NCBI RefSeq assembly: GCF_000143415.4
Contig: NW_003314261.1
Location: forward strand, 2,429,266 to 2,493,265
Direction of reading: 5' to 3'
Origin: Selaginella moellendorffii
Lineage: Eukaryota > Plantae > Lycopodiophyta
Length of the DNA stretch: 64,000 nucleotides
The notes under the pieces are model-generated. The model was not told the DNA's origin. It made no database searches and saw only the letters and a program-made list of their open reading frames with translations. Made by a program: the position numbers and the translations under genes. Shown in pieces: positions 25,015 through 38,600 of this stretch (within the stretch, counting starts at the first letter, position 1; the number at the start of each line of letters is the position of its first letter).

Positions 25015-25188
25015 TGTGAGTGCATGGAATATGGAAAGGGAATACAGAAATGTGCATATCAATTAACCCAAAAACCCTAGCTTATATACAGGAGCGAGTG
25101 GTCCGGATTGAAACCAATCCGACGGCTACCAAAATCCACTACGCTAATATTAGTATACGGCATCGTAGCCGTACACTTGGCCCTCACA
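25015..25188 (-). repeat. 5' LTR (174 bp)
   Basis: Identical copy of 20179-20352; minus-strand TATATAA inside. Confidence 0.97.
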
Positions 25189-25731
25189 ACACTTATTTAA
25201 TGTCTTCCTTTTTTATATGATTAAGTCTTTTAAATACACAAGAACTATTATTTACTCAGTAGTAATAATCAACTAAATAACAATTAAATTATATAAAATG
25301 TATCAGATAAATATATTTCATAATGATATTTTCTTACTCAAATATAATTTCAATAAAGTCTACCAAAAATAATAGATTTAGCAGCATTTGGGATTTTGGA
25401 ATGATATTTGTTTAATATATTTAATATATACTTATCAAAATCATAACATTCTATGAAAATTATAATGCCACCATCTGCAATGACTTGTAAAACAATGTTT
25501 GCTATAATTTTAACTTTGATAACATATTAATTTCTTTTGTTTTAGTATAATACAAAATATATATTTGGATGTACTTGATGAAGTACATACAAAAATCATG
25601 TTTGGTAAATTATAAACAAAATAATTTCCTATAGAATTTATTTTTGATTAATCAATAATTCTAATCAGTTTTAGAGAGCTTGAAATTTGGAAAAAGAATT
25701 TTAGTTATTATCATATTTTATAGTAATTTTA

Positions 25732-28700
25732 TCACAAAGTTCTATAAGTTTCTAAACAAAACTTTATCATGTCTTTAAGCTCGTTGTCTGGGTTTCTGAA
25801 AAGATCTACCTGTCTTGTTTCGTTGTAGGTGATTAACATCATCCGCACCATTTCAAAATTAAACCTCTTGATGTTTTTAGGTAGATCATTCTCATGAGTG
25901 ATGAAGTAGCTTTCATTGAGTTCCCTTTTGGTTTTCTCAAGCAAGCTTTGCAAATATACTAATGCATCTTCTTCAGTTGCACCTGGATGTTCTTTCATGT
26001 AGCAAGAAACTCCTTGTGTTGGTTGTCCAAGTTTCATCTCAATCTAAAAGAAAAAGAAACTTTTAATACTTACAACCCAAAATCTATGAAAGAGAACCTT
26101 ATATGTTTGGATGTCATTGCAGAGCCTAGAGATGATTCGATCAAGCTTGAGAGGCCTACTATCATAAATAGTGTTTAATATTTCTTCCGTTAGAGGCTCC
26201 CCACAAAATAATATGCTCATAAGTACATGGACCCAAGTGGAGATGCTAACTTCAGCATTCTCCATGTACTCCTCAAAACTTGGTATGTATCCTTCAATTT
26301 TCCAACGAGCATCAGCAATCTCGGATTTTATAAGTTTTGTGTACTGCAAAGATTAATGTAAACAACAACCCATATAAAAAAAATGTGATACTTACAATTC
26401 CAGACAGGTATTTGCAAATAAATTCTGGAGACAGATTTTTATGTATTTTGGATGCTGCCTCGGTCATAACAAGAACGGTATTATAGAATTCTTGAAAGGG
26501 AATCCTATATTCTAGAGGAAGTTCATGCGACAAAGAGATATCCCACCTGAAAGACCAAAAGAGGAAGCAAAGAGTTATTAAAACTTCTAAAAGTTGATGC
26601 ATCTAACCTTTCAATCACATTTTGGAGACGATCTAGCTCTTCAATGCTTGTTGCACAGTCCATAAGATCATCAAATAAAGTGTTCAGACAACAAGCCTTT
26701 GAGAAGAAAACTCTCAACTGGGCAAATTCTTGCTCATGGAAAGTTGCACAGATCACATAGTAAATATAAGGGAGCATATCAATATTCGCTGTTAATCTGG
26801 TAGATGGTACATCTTCGAAGCGCGATGAATGCCACCAACTAAATGGAAAAACACACCAAGTCAAACATTAGAATTAGCCACTTGGCTAAGAAATTCTTTT
26901 TGCTTACTTGACCAATTCTGTCAGTTCCGAAGGTTGATACGATTGACATTGTTGAGCATACCGATTTGCAAGCTCTAGAAACACTTTGTTATTCACTAGA
27001 GGCAACCTGTAAAGAGATAAACAAAGTTATGGGATTTTAGAGGTTTATATGGATACTTGCCGATAAATAGTCTTAGCAATCCAAAGATCATCCATGCCAT
27101 AGTGCTTGATATAAGCATTATTATAAATCCTCGGCAAGCAGTCATGGAATGGATTTGCTAGCTCAAATGCCACCTGTAGAAACAACAAACACATGAGTTT
27201 CCAAGCTATCTGAATCTCATTACCTCTCCCATGAGGTTTTTCTTCGTTGCCCATTTATCCATGTGAGCGCTGTCAACATTCAGTAGATAATCGTGGGAGT
27301 ACTTGAAAGTCTTTGTAAGAATCGCTTCGTTCGGGAAATCGACCTGGGAAGCCCGATGCAAGTTGAGCATTTCAGAGACCCCATGTGATAATTCGCCAAC
27401 AAAGCAGCAAAACTTGTCTCCAGGCAGCCAGAACTGGTTGAATGCATCTGTAGGGAGTTTCATACTTTAGTGAATTACAGATTCTTCCACCAAAAGACTA
27501 TTTTTACCTGGAGATACATTGTATCCATGCATCCGAAGGATACGGAATGCCATTGCTGTGTCGTCTATGTCATTGACTAAGCATGTAGATCCCCATCCGA
27601 TTCCTTCGTTTGTCCAAAAGCTGATACAAACACAAAAAGAAGAGCTTCGTAAGTATTATAAGTACCAAGGCATTGTACCTGTACACATAGTCGAGGACGG
27701 CTTTGATCTCATCTCTGAAGAAGACGTCAATCCCCAGCCGCTCAATGGTGTCGACCACCCATAAACTTTCGAAAAGATCAATGGGGTAATGGCAAGGAAC
27801 TGCAAAATAAAGTCGATTAGCGCAAAGGATTGAAGAAAACAGCCAATTTACCAGCATAGTTTTGATCTTCCATAGCATTTTGCAAGTATTGCAACGATTT
27901 CCTGTCCTTGGTCTTCAAGTAAACACATGCTGTTGACGAAGGCGAGCTCAAAAAGGATCCATCTTTAGACTGGAGCTTGAGGATCTTCTGCCAGTCGATC
28001 TCAAGGTCTTGAAGGCCTTCCAAGGAGTATAACAACGTCGTGGGAGCGGAATGGATTTTATCCAAAGGAATCCTGGGCGAACACCAAACGTCTTCAACAC
28101 ATATGTTACATGTAGAGGAACTCACTTAGCCAATTTCTTCTTGGTGGAAATCTCCAGCAGCCTTGTGAACTCTGTCTCGTACGGAATATCAAGGCCCAGC
28201 TGCTTGGCTTCGTGGAGCATCATTGGGAACGTCACCTCGAAACCTGACAAGAGATCTCCATCGTCTTGCTTGAGCTTGATCATGTTTTCACGCAAAAACT
28301 TCGTGCCTGTGATCAAGAATCAGAGGCGATTAGATGTAATAACCAGAAGATCAGAAAAGAAAAGTTGTAGAAGCACACCTTGCGCAATGCTGTTGTGCCC
28401 GATGTCCCAGGTCTTGAGCGTGACCAGGCATGAGAGCGTGGATAATACTCTGTCATAGAGTTGCAAGTGACGATCATCACCCCATGATCCATCCGGAAGT
28501 TGACTGTTGATGATCCACTCCAGGGCCTCTGGGAACTCGGGAAGAGAGGAGTCGGACTCGGACGGGATTCGAGCCACCCAGGCAGTGTCGTAAGCCGAAG
28601 GACTAATTTCCCCCTTGCCACTCGCGAGTTTCATGAGCCATCCCTTCACTTCCGCGACGAGCAGCGAGGTTTCTCTGGTATCAAGCTCCTCGACGCGATC

Positions 28701-29088
28701 GCCAGGGACGTGGAGAATGCCTTGGTATGGCAGCTGCTTCTTCTTTTGCCGCTTCTCCTGTGAACAAGTAGGAAGAAATCAGCTCCACTCAAGCTCGAAA
28801 CGACGGTGCTTGGACTTACTGGAGCCTCAGCTAGCTTCGTGTTTTCCAATGTCGGTGAGTTGGAAGCACAACAGCTAATAGTGATCGAGGAGGCTGCATT
28901 TAAGAGGCCGAGGTTAGTGCAAAGCCTAAACGACAACTGCTCCGCTTACTTGAGTTTTTCCGGAATCGCTTCGCGTGTGCGTTGCTCTTGAGATTAGTCC
29001 CATTGATGAAAACTCCAGATAACTGGCCGGACTTGAGGCTTCCGCTGATGCCGGTCTGTTGAAAGCTGCTGAACAAAACCTTTGCCAT
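25732..29088 (-). CDS. MDS: Bifunctional class II/class I diterpene synthase, miltiradiene synthase-like, multi-exon
   Basis: Transit peptide [10 protein letters not shown]; [21 protein letters not shown] and PCHYP (Tyr/His dyad of normal-CPP enzymes), DIDD, DDLMD, NDIQTYK(I)E. Identity with SmMDS is recalled from memory, not searched. Confidence 0.9.
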
Positions 29089-29368
29089 CGCAAAAGCTTT
29101 GCCTTCCCCTGCCTAGGTGAGACTCTTCCTGTCTGTCCCCTAGATTATAAGCTCTTCCGGTCGTGCTCTCACTGCGGCCTTGATTCTGTCCCTTTAAAAG
29201 GAACGAGCCCGTGCAGCTCGTAACCACTACGGAAGTTTGACTGTCGGTTGCGATTTCAAAGGCGTCTCCTGTAAGAACGGTCGTTACTGATCGAAGAACT
29301 ACAGAGTGAAGCACGGGCTGACCTTTGGAGAATAAAGTTACTTCTTCACCATGAGGCTCGATACGGAA

Positions 29369-30730
29369 TCAAAGCTGGTCTATCTTGACGAGTTCCTTGA
29401 TCATAAACAGTATCGCGGATGCTACCTCCATGCTGAAGCATTTTCGCTGCAGCGTCCAGTGTGCCTGGGAAAGAAAAAAGAACACAGTCAAATTACTGTG
29501 CCGCAAACTGTGTTTCATGTGTAAACGAGGGTTTGACGTGCCTAAATACTTGCGGGCTGCGTGTTTGGTGGTGTCTTGTTTCGCTTGGAGCCGTGACTGA
29601 AAGAACGATATGAGGCCAAAAAAAGAGACCAAGAATAGCTCCCAGTTTCGACACGGCTCCGGTTCACGAATAAAGTGTCAGCCACCCCTAGACTAAAATC
29701 TGGAAAATGAGAGAAAAAAAAAAGCACCTCTGCTGTTCTTGGTTGGAACGAATTTGCTTAAGTAAAGTCTCAAAGATCATAAACTGAATGGACGGATTGC
29801 TGACCTACCTGTCAACTTTTCATGAAAAAGCTTACCATCATCAAAGTTGGCAAAACTCCTTTCCAAAACCCTGCTTCGCTGACCTGAAATTAAGAATTCG
29901 GTCATGAGAATTGGTGCGCTTCTTGTAGCTTACAGTATAAAATACTCCCGGCTGGATAGTAATCTTTGTGTCTAAGAAAACCATAGACTTGATGAGTTTT
30001 TTAAGGGAAATTAAGAATTCGTTTGGTGCGCTTGTTGACAAAGCTCGTTGCATGCAGTGTAAAATACTCCCCTATGTTCACATCGTCGTCGACGCTTGCC
30101 TTTGTGTCTAATGAAAAGCATAGACTTGATGACTTTTTAAGGAGAAATCCACTTGCATTCTTGTAACGATCACCCAAATCGGATTCGCGAAAAGTTTTTA
30201 TTTATGATGTTAGTAAGCAAGGAAAATATTCTCACCCAGCAGCGGCTGCCACAGGAAAGAAACAATACCGACGGAACCATCGCCAACACCCATCCTTCCG
30301 TTCTCTGCTGCAGCAAGCTCTGCCGCATTCCGAAAGATCTCGTAAAAGTAGTAATACACACCCTGGAAGCCAAACTTGCCATGGATCCACAGTGTAAACT
30401 TGACGAAAGTAATCTACCTACGGGTATAAACCCCCCCGGCCTTCTTCACTCACAACCTGGAAGAATAGACGAGAAAAAATCAGAAAGTTTAGAGACCCAA
30501 AGAGAGTTGTAAAAACGAAGAATCTAAATCACAAACCAGAAAACATCCCCGGGACGAGTGCATTTGCATCCTTTTCTTTCCAGTTCTGTTGTCTCGTGTT
30601 CACCTGGAAGAAGAAAAAAGTCATTTTTTCCTTGTACAAATGGAGAAACCTATTGAAGAGGGTATGTGAGGAGCTGGGCGACGAGACCACCGCCAGCTCC
30701 AGCCAGTCCATTGATCACAGCATCCGACAT
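29369..30730 (-). pseudogene. Peroxisomal NAD carrier (PXN/PMP38) pseudogene
   Basis: MSDAVINGLAGAGGGLVAQLLTYPLQ* (in-frame TAG), VNTRQQ, QGVYYYFYEIFRN, NPIWVIVTRMQ, GFWKGVLPTLMM, SNPSIQFMIFE, SRLQAKQ; frameshifts and deletions. Confidence 0.8.
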
Positions 30731-31354
30731 GATCAGTGCGATCGCCGACAGAACAAAAACGTCAACGGCTGACGGCCAGTGAAGGTTCCCGCCGGCCGTC
30801 AGTGACGGGGCCGCATCTTCGTGGATATACCCGTTGACTCGTTTTGACCGGTGCGACAAGCCAAAAGAAAATTCTGCCGCGTTCTTGGGCTGCGGTTCTC
30901 ACACTCCCTGGGAAGTAAAATATTGAGAGAATTTATCCCGCGAGCTTCGGGGAAGGAGCGCGATTTTTCTGCATTTCCTAGCTGCCATTTACAAGACTCC
31001 AACGCGATAAGTGACAAATGCGTCTACTACGTACCTTTGAGAAAAGAGAAACGCGCTTCTCGCAGGAGATCGCTCGCCACTCGCCAGGTGGATGATGCAG
31101 GCTGATCCTTCGAAGCGGCTTATAACTAGGCAATCACTCCGTCCATCATCAGCTGCACGCTCACAATCACGCAAGAGAGCTTAGAATTCACAGGAGAGGA
31201 AAAAAAGAGGGATTTTTCTTGCTTGTCCAAGCAAGAACTTAGCGTGTGTACCTGGAGTGATCGATTCTCTCCCTGGATGCCTTCTCGCAAAGTGAGCGTC
31301 GTCTCAACGTTGTATGACGTTCGCGTCCTGCACAGACTGATCGACAAGTTTAGC

Positions 31355-32437
31355 ATGGATCCGCACCAGTACAGCAAGGCGAGCAGCAACTTATCATCAT
31401 CGCCCGAGATCGCGAATTTCCCACCGCAGCCACAATCGCAGTCGCAGTCGAGCGAGGACGACAGCTTCCCCTTCTACCGCTTGGACATCGGGAGGAAAAC
31501 GCGGCAGCAGCGTCGATCAAAGCGATTGTTTGAGTGCCAAGTTCTCCAGCAGCAGCCGCCGCCGCTGCAGGACCACCACCTCTACCAAGTCTCCAGCCCC
31601 GACGAGGAGGCAACCAACGACGACAGCTTCCAGAGTTCCAAGCGGCGGAAGAAGTTCGTGGGAGTGAGGCAAAGATCTTCCGGTAGGTGGGTTGCTGAAA
31701 TCAAAGACACCGCTCAGAAAGTCCGACTGTGGCTTGGAACTTACGATAATGCAGAAGATGCCGCTCGCGCTTACGACGAGGCCGCCAGCTTGCTGCGCGG
31801 AGCGAACTCCAGGACCAACTTTGCGTCCGCCGGCACGCCTTTCTCTCCGTGCCAAGAGGAGGAGCTCGACGATCACACTCCGGCAATGCTGGAGGCGATT
31901 TCCATCTACAACAGCAACCAGGAGTTTACGGTCAGTTCAGGAAATCCTCCACTGACTTCACTGTCAATGACTAAAGTACCTGAGCTCATCGTCGACTGCA
32001 CAAAGTCGTCGTCGTCGTCGATGCTCGAGAATTGCATCAGCTCCATGAGCATCGCTCCTCAGGAGGAAGAGCTCATCCCGAGTCCGCTCCCGCCGGACGT
32101 GGTAGCAGCAGCAGCCTGCTTCCAAGGATTTTTCTCGGTGGCTCAGCAGGAAACTGGAAGCTTGGTGAGCAAGGACGCGGACGACGATGCGATGATACAG
32201 ATCAGACGCAGGAAGTACGAGCGGCAGTCATCGGCATCACTGTATGCAATGATCGGAGCACACGAACTGCAAGCAACACTGGCAGGAACGTCACCGCTGG
32301 TGGACAACAGCAGCATCGACACGACTTGGAGCGTGACTGACAGTAGCAATCTCAATCTTTTCGCTACTCTTCCGGACGAGGTTGACGAGGTAATGGTCAG
32401 GCACGAATTACCGGAGGACAGCCTTTGGGACTTTTGA
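31355..32437 (+). CDS. AP2/ERF transcription factor, ERN1/RAP2.11-like, intronless
   Basis: [50 protein letters not shown]; C-terminal [13 protein letters not shown] motif. Confidence 0.9.
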   Translation: MDPHQYSKASSNLSSSPEIANFPPQPQSQSQSSEDDSFPFYRLDIGRKTRQQRRSKRLFECQVLQQQPPPLQDHHLYQVSSPDEEATNDDSFQSSKRRKKFVGVRQRSSGRWVAEIKDTAQKVRLWLGTYDNAEDAARAYDEAASLLRGANSRTNFASAGTPFSPCQEEELDDHTPAMLEAISIYNSNQEFTVSSGNPPLTSLSMTKVPELIVDCTKSSSSSMLENCISSMSIAPQEEELIPSPLPPDVVAAAACFQGFFSVAQQETGSLVSKDADDDAMIQIRRRKYERQSSASLYAMIGAHELQATLAGTSPLVDNSSIDTTWSVTDSSNLNLFATLPDEVDEVMVRHELPEDSLWDF

Positions 32438-32583
32438 GATTTCTATGACTGACTGATACCATTCTTTCACTCATTCTTTCAATCATTCTTTTTCTGTTAG
32501 AATCAACAAGCAAGCAAGCAAGCAATGTGATAAAAACTTTGACATTTGGCAAGCATTGAAAGTTGCAAAGCATAACACGTACC

Positions 32584-35542
32584 TCAATGAGAGTGCGGAG
32601 CAAACAATCCTTGCTCCCTTATCTCCTTGAGCCACAGATTCCAGTGACAGCTCGACTCTAGTGTCGATGCATTGCCTACCACGACGAGCCCTCGCCTTGC
32701 TCGAGTTATAGCAACGTTCATCCGTCGAGGATTTGCAACAAATCCCAAGGCACCATGATCGTTAGAACGGACAGTGCAGAAGACAATCACCTAGAGAAAC
32801 AAGAGTGTAAGCCCAGAGAACAAATTTTGAGGACCGCCTAGTCAATCACCTCTTTTTCCCTGCCTTGAAACCCATCCACGGATTTTATTTCCAGCTTGCT
32901 AAAGTCCTCTGACTGCGTAAGAAACAGGTCTTGCAGAAGTTTCACCTGTTGTCACTCATTGTCATGTCCAAAAGTTTTCCAATCTAAAATCTATTTAGTA
33001 CCTGAGCACTGTAAGGTGCTATGATTCCAATTCCTGCGCATCCGCCTTCAATATCACCACCCGAAACCAAATCTTTCACGGTCTTCACCACCTTTAGAAG
33101 ATCGTCACTTTGAGAGAGAAGCATAGAGACATCCAACAAGAATGCCAAACCTGGAGTGCCTCTACTTCATTCTGCCATGAGCTATCATGCCGCATAAGCT
33201 CCTTGCTATTAGAACAATTCACAAAAGCTAAGGGTTTCTCCACATTCGGCCAGTCGTAGCTATACATATTATCAACGTTAGAGCAGACAAATGTCAAGAA
33301 GCACAAGCCATCTTACCCTTTGGGTGCCATGCGCTCAGCAGGTAATGGTTGTGAGAAAAGCTTCCCTTCGTAGAAATTCCTTGACGAGAATCTAGCCAGT
33401 GCAGGATGCATTCTGTGCGAGACTTGAATATCAGTTTGGTTGAAACGAGAAACTATATAGAAAACACGACGCTTGCCTGTATTGAGAGTCAAGCAACATT
33501 GGGGTCAGTCCACAAGCTTGCATATGCTCGAACAAACTGACTTCAAGGCCACACTGTAAAGATAATCAAGTTTAGAGCAGTCTTGGAACAAACGCGCGAA
33601 TCACCTTGACGGCCTCCTTCGAGACAACAGTAGGAGGAAGCTGTGCAGGATCTCCAACCAAGACAAAACAATCAGCGCCACTTCTCAACAGTGGAATGAG
33701 CGTTGCCGGTTCCGTTGCCTGTATAAGAATATCAACGTAAAACCATTGAAATGTAATTCTTTCACAACGCACCTGGGTTGCTTCATCGATGACGCATGCA
33801 GTAAATCGCAGGCCATCCAGGACTGGATCACCTGCACCGATGCATGTTGCTGCTACTACGTCGGCTCTATTCGGAAGAACAAGCTTAGTTCCTGACGAGA
33901 ATAGCCAAAATTCACAAACCTGGAGATGACTTCTCGACAAGCTCGACCTTCCAACTCAGTTGCTTCCTCCCACAAGGAACCAGGGGTGTCTTTGTTTTTA
34001 TTTTGCCTCCGAGTTTTCGCCATTTGTTTGATTTCAATAGCTCTCTTCAGAAGCGGATGCACAGATACCCGTGCTTCAAGAGTGACAGCTCTCAGCTCCT
34101 CTTTCACCTAAGCTCGACTTTAGAACTTGTTATGCAAGAACTAAAGAATGCTCATCACCTTAACGGGTTGGCCGATTCTTACAGCCGCTAAGCCTTCAGA
34201 CAAGAGACCTTCGAGCAGGTTGTCAACCGCAATGTTACTGTAACGCGTATGTAAGAATCAAAAATTAAAAAATTAAATAGGAATCATAAGCATAGGACGC
34301 ACCTGTCGGCACAAGCAAGAACTTTGCCTTGTCCAGATCGACAGTGAATCCTAACAAACTGGACCAGAGTTTTGGTTTTCCCTGTTCCTGGAGGCCCTTG
34401 CCACAACGTAACTTTTCGGCACAAGGCAGCTTCGACTGCGGCTTTCTGGCTGGTGTTGAGACCTGTCTCCTTGAGAAGTTTCCGGTACGAGCCTTTGAAA
34501 GTCCCCAGCCTGGTACCACTGATGCGATTTGGCAAACCATTTGCTACATGAACGTCGTGAGAAATGTCGTTGCTGCTGCTGGTCAGCGTGCCAAAAAGTG
34601 TCTCCGACCTTATTTCTACCTGTCCGGCACCCATTACCAAGCCTTTGACAGCACTGGCAGCCTCATTCCAACTAAAAGCTTCCACTGCGCTCGGAATTTC
34701 CTTCTTCTTGGCCATTTCTGGAGGTCGTCCTCTCTCAGTGTGGTAGGACGAGAAGTGCTCAACGGCCAAGACGCAGCGCTCGTGAGACACCGAGTTTGCT
34801 GAAATGTCTAGGCGCCATTGACCTCGAGAGCTGATATCCTGTCCAGCGTTTTTCAAAACTGCAACTCGTAGAAACCTGAAGAACGTATTATATTGTAGTT
34901 TCAACACGACGGCTTGGATGTCTACCTTTGAGCTCTTTCCATAACCACGCCCTCTACAGGATCTTCATCACCTTCTAAAGGATCTTTCTGGCTAATAGCA
35001 ACAATGTTTCCCTGAAATCGCAAAAGTCAACTAAAGCCAGACTTGATTGAGGCGAAGCACCTGACTGAACTGATGGTGTCTCGGCAAAAATCCACTCCCG
35101 AAGTCCAGGAAGAAACGAAAAATCTGGTGCCTGAAACACATTTGACGGGGGTGTCATAAGAAAAAGTCGCGAGTTTTCGCACCTAAAAAGCATCTTCTCC
35201 TTACGCACCGATAGATTGAAAAGCGCGTAGCCTTCGTCTTGGAGCCTCTTCTTCGGCCATACTTTAAGTCTTTGTTTCATCTGCTGCATCTCTTCATTCT
35301 GAAAGTTTAAAGCCAAAACGTGATTGTAATAAGAAAGTTTTACAGACAAAGCCCACCATTTCTGCATCTAATGCTTTGGTGAAGCGCGTGCGATAAGATT
35401 CCAGTACCAAATGCTTGCGCTGCTGTTTCTCAGCTCTCCGCCTTGTTCCTCCTCCGTTACTAGAAATATTACTCACATGTTTGGTACTCCGCCCGGAATC
35501 AAAAGAAGCACTACAATACGAGTCGAGGCGAAGTAGCGACAT
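32584..35542 (-). CDS. Superfamily-1 Upf1/IGHMBP2-like helicase, multi-exon (start uncertain)
   Basis: QGPPGTGKT, IDEATQ, GDPAQLPP, QYRMHP, SVDGFQGREK, RRMNVAITRAR. Confidence 0.88.
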
Positions 35543-35660
35543 TGCACAGGAAAGCCGCTATACACCCTAGAACAGGGTGTGAGTTTTATGTTTTCCTGTA
35601 CAAACACAAACATGAACACGATGTCTTTCGAAAATAATAATGGACGTACCTCCGGTAGTA

Positions 35661-38600
35661 CTATTCCACAAAACTGAGCAGAAACCCGCTCACAATTCTC
35701 CTGCCCAGCTCGTTCGGTATGTGCCGGCACAGTCTCCCATCGATGTAGGCAATTGCGCTTGATATAAAAAAGTTGCTTATCGTCCTTTTGAAGCTCGGTC
35801 TTGGCAGTTGAGGAGGTTCTTGAGTGACTACCGCTTTAGCAGGTTCAGGAGCTGCTTTCTCTGACCCTCCTTGCAGATGCAACAGCTTTCTTGTGTACTG
35901 TCTTAAGCCTCTGATTGCAAAAATCACCAGCAGCTGCTCGGATAATGAGATAACGGCGGGGACAACTTTTCTTTCACTTTCTCCACGCAAAAGTCGCATC
36001 GACCTCACTGCGGCTATCGATGCCTCTCCAGCAAGAAGGCCTTCACTGATCAAAAAGTTTTTCACGCACGCGACGATCTCGTTCAGAAGCATGCTGTTCG
36101 GTGGCAAATTTTTCAGTATCACCTGCAAAAACCATTACTTTCTCAACAGAGGAATGACTATGCATACCAGGTCTTCCATGACCTTTACTTTGAGATAGTC
36201 TTGTTTGAAAAGCGCGTCCAACATTGCTTGAATATATCCTTCAATATAAGCCTGGAAGCAACAACAAACCGTCACAACCCATTATACTCAATAGAAATTT
36301 CGGCACCTCATCTGTGCCAACGCTGCGATCTAGTTGGATACGTCTTGTAGAACCGCCTTTTATGACGGCTTTTTGAAGAACGAGTGGCTCCATCGCCACA
36401 TTAAGAATCCCGCGTCGAAACCCGTTAACCTGCATGCATCGAAACAATGTCAAGTGTGTCTAAAAAAAAGCGTTTGTGTTTACCATGCCATCGAAGCCGT
36501 TTGTCTCAGCCCCCTTGAGGACGTTATCCGATAGCTCCGTCACTACAGCGAAAACAATGTTGGATCCTGCCTTCTTCACCTGAAAAGAAAGCTGTGCGTT
36601 AAGCAAGGCTGATTTTAAACACGCTTTCATACAGTATTCTCAAGATCCCCAAGGTAGCGGCTGGTCCCTCCCTGTCCTCTCTTTCTCAAGCCTCTACTTA
36701 GTAAATTGAACATGCCTGTCAAAATATGCAATTACACATGCAATGTGAGATCAAGATAACGTAGCGTACCCAAAGTAAGTCCCTGTAAATCAATTGATCC
36801 ATTGGCAGGATCGAAAAACACATCAAGAGAAGAAGCTGCAGAGTCGTCAAAAAGTGATGAAAATCCAGGAGGGAGGAGTTTGCTCCCTCTTGCAATGTAG
36901 ATGGCTCTCATGGCGTACCTGAAAACAAACATCTCCAGGTTATTCTTCCCATATATTGTTACGTACCATGAATAATGCTGAAAACACTTCATCACGAGCT
37001 GCTTAAAAGTCAAAAGAGCATGAGAAAGCAGGACTCCGTTCAGTTCTACAGTAGCTCCTCGAACGGATGGCAACTGCAATACCCTGGATCAACACTAGTT
37101 CCTGGTTAAAAAGAAAACCAACCTTTATGACGGTATGGAGCAATGCACGAAATGTTTCTTGAGCTGAGGTATAGTCTGCACGAGGATGACCAGGTACAAA
37201 ACTTGCAACAATCTGGAAAGGCAAAAAAAAATTTGAATGTGAAACTGTTAAGTGAATTAGACCTTGATCGGATGTATTTCAAATCTCTCGAAGTAGATCT
37301 GCAAGCTACTGCCCGTTGTAGAGAGTGAGGTCCGATAGAAAGGCACGAACTTCATTAACGTGTCCTCGTCGATGTTCAAGTCAAAAGCCTGGATATCTAA
37401 GTGAATAAACAAGTTATAGCCAGCGATATGGGTTACCTGTATCAATATGGACGCATATTTCGCTTGGATGGGATTAGCTACCAAGTTCGAAAGTACAAAA
37501 GCAGCATGCAGCGCAGTCGTCGTACTGTTGAGGCGATCGTGATCGTGAATTCGAAGCATTGCGGCAAAAGGAGCTCCTTGCCATTTCATGTCAGCACCAA
37601 GGCTCTGCTTACACAAAAATGTACCAAAGTGGCAACTAAACTCGAAGCTGACACGAACCTGAACTCGAAGTTGACAAATAGCATGGTCCGATGTAACGAA
37701 TGTTTCAATTGAAGAAGAGGCTAGAATGGCGCATAAAAACGGCGTAAAAGGAGAGCTGCCAGATAGCTCTTCTGCGGTTAAATCTTCGATCCTCTGCAAA
37801 AGAGCATTATCCATGGATCGCTAGTTAAAAAGGACAAACCTGCTTTGACGCCTCTAACATGATAACTTTGAAGGTTGGGATTTTCAGTTCCACCTTGCAA
37901 CGTGGAATGCTCAACTCTGATTCCCAATAGCTCTTCTTTGTGCTGTCCACCTTCTGACATACTCGCAGAACACGCGTTGGTCCATCCGCATACACTTCAT
38001 ACCCCATATCTAGTAAGTCGTCAGGATCATTTCCTCCAGCATTTCCTTGAAATGGAAGCTGCAGCGAGAAACCTTTGCTACGATGAGAAGCGGCAAAAGA
38101 TTTCCACGCTTTAACTTTGTCAAGGTTTATTTCGCTGCACGCTTGTGTTCCTATCAATGAAAAATCATGAACATTCTCCTACTGAAGCATAAATATATGT
38201 TACCTGCTATAGAGACAACAAGCCTATGAGGCAAACTTAAGTCGTCCCACACGTAATCCGCAGATGCCATTGCTGGAAGAGTATCAGGCTCGGGCATGTC
38301 CTGCATTGGCACGAGTTAGAATGCTCCTACTAAGATAATCATGCATACCTTCTGGTGAAACGTGATGGAACTTGTATGAAGCCTGTTTTCAATGCGATAT
38401 GGAACAGCTTCTCTCGAGTGCAATCGGAAATGAATAATCAGCGACGAGTCTTCCTCTTCCACATAAACCACTGCAAATATCCACTTCTTGTCTTCCACAA
38501 AACCGGGGCTTGAGCTCCGAAGCTTTAAGAAAAATGACCCAAGTGAGGCAGCACATATGCGACCGGACCATCGCCATCCTGCGTCTTTAAGTCGAAAACG

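Larger units (their letters stand above)
20179..25188 (-). mobile_element. Full-length Ty3/gypsy LTR retrotransposon (5,010 bp), no chromodomain visible
   Basis: Two identical LTRs, ACAC TSD (20175-20178 and 25189-25192), PBS, PPT, gag, and pol in the order PR-RT-RH-IN. Confidence 0.97.
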
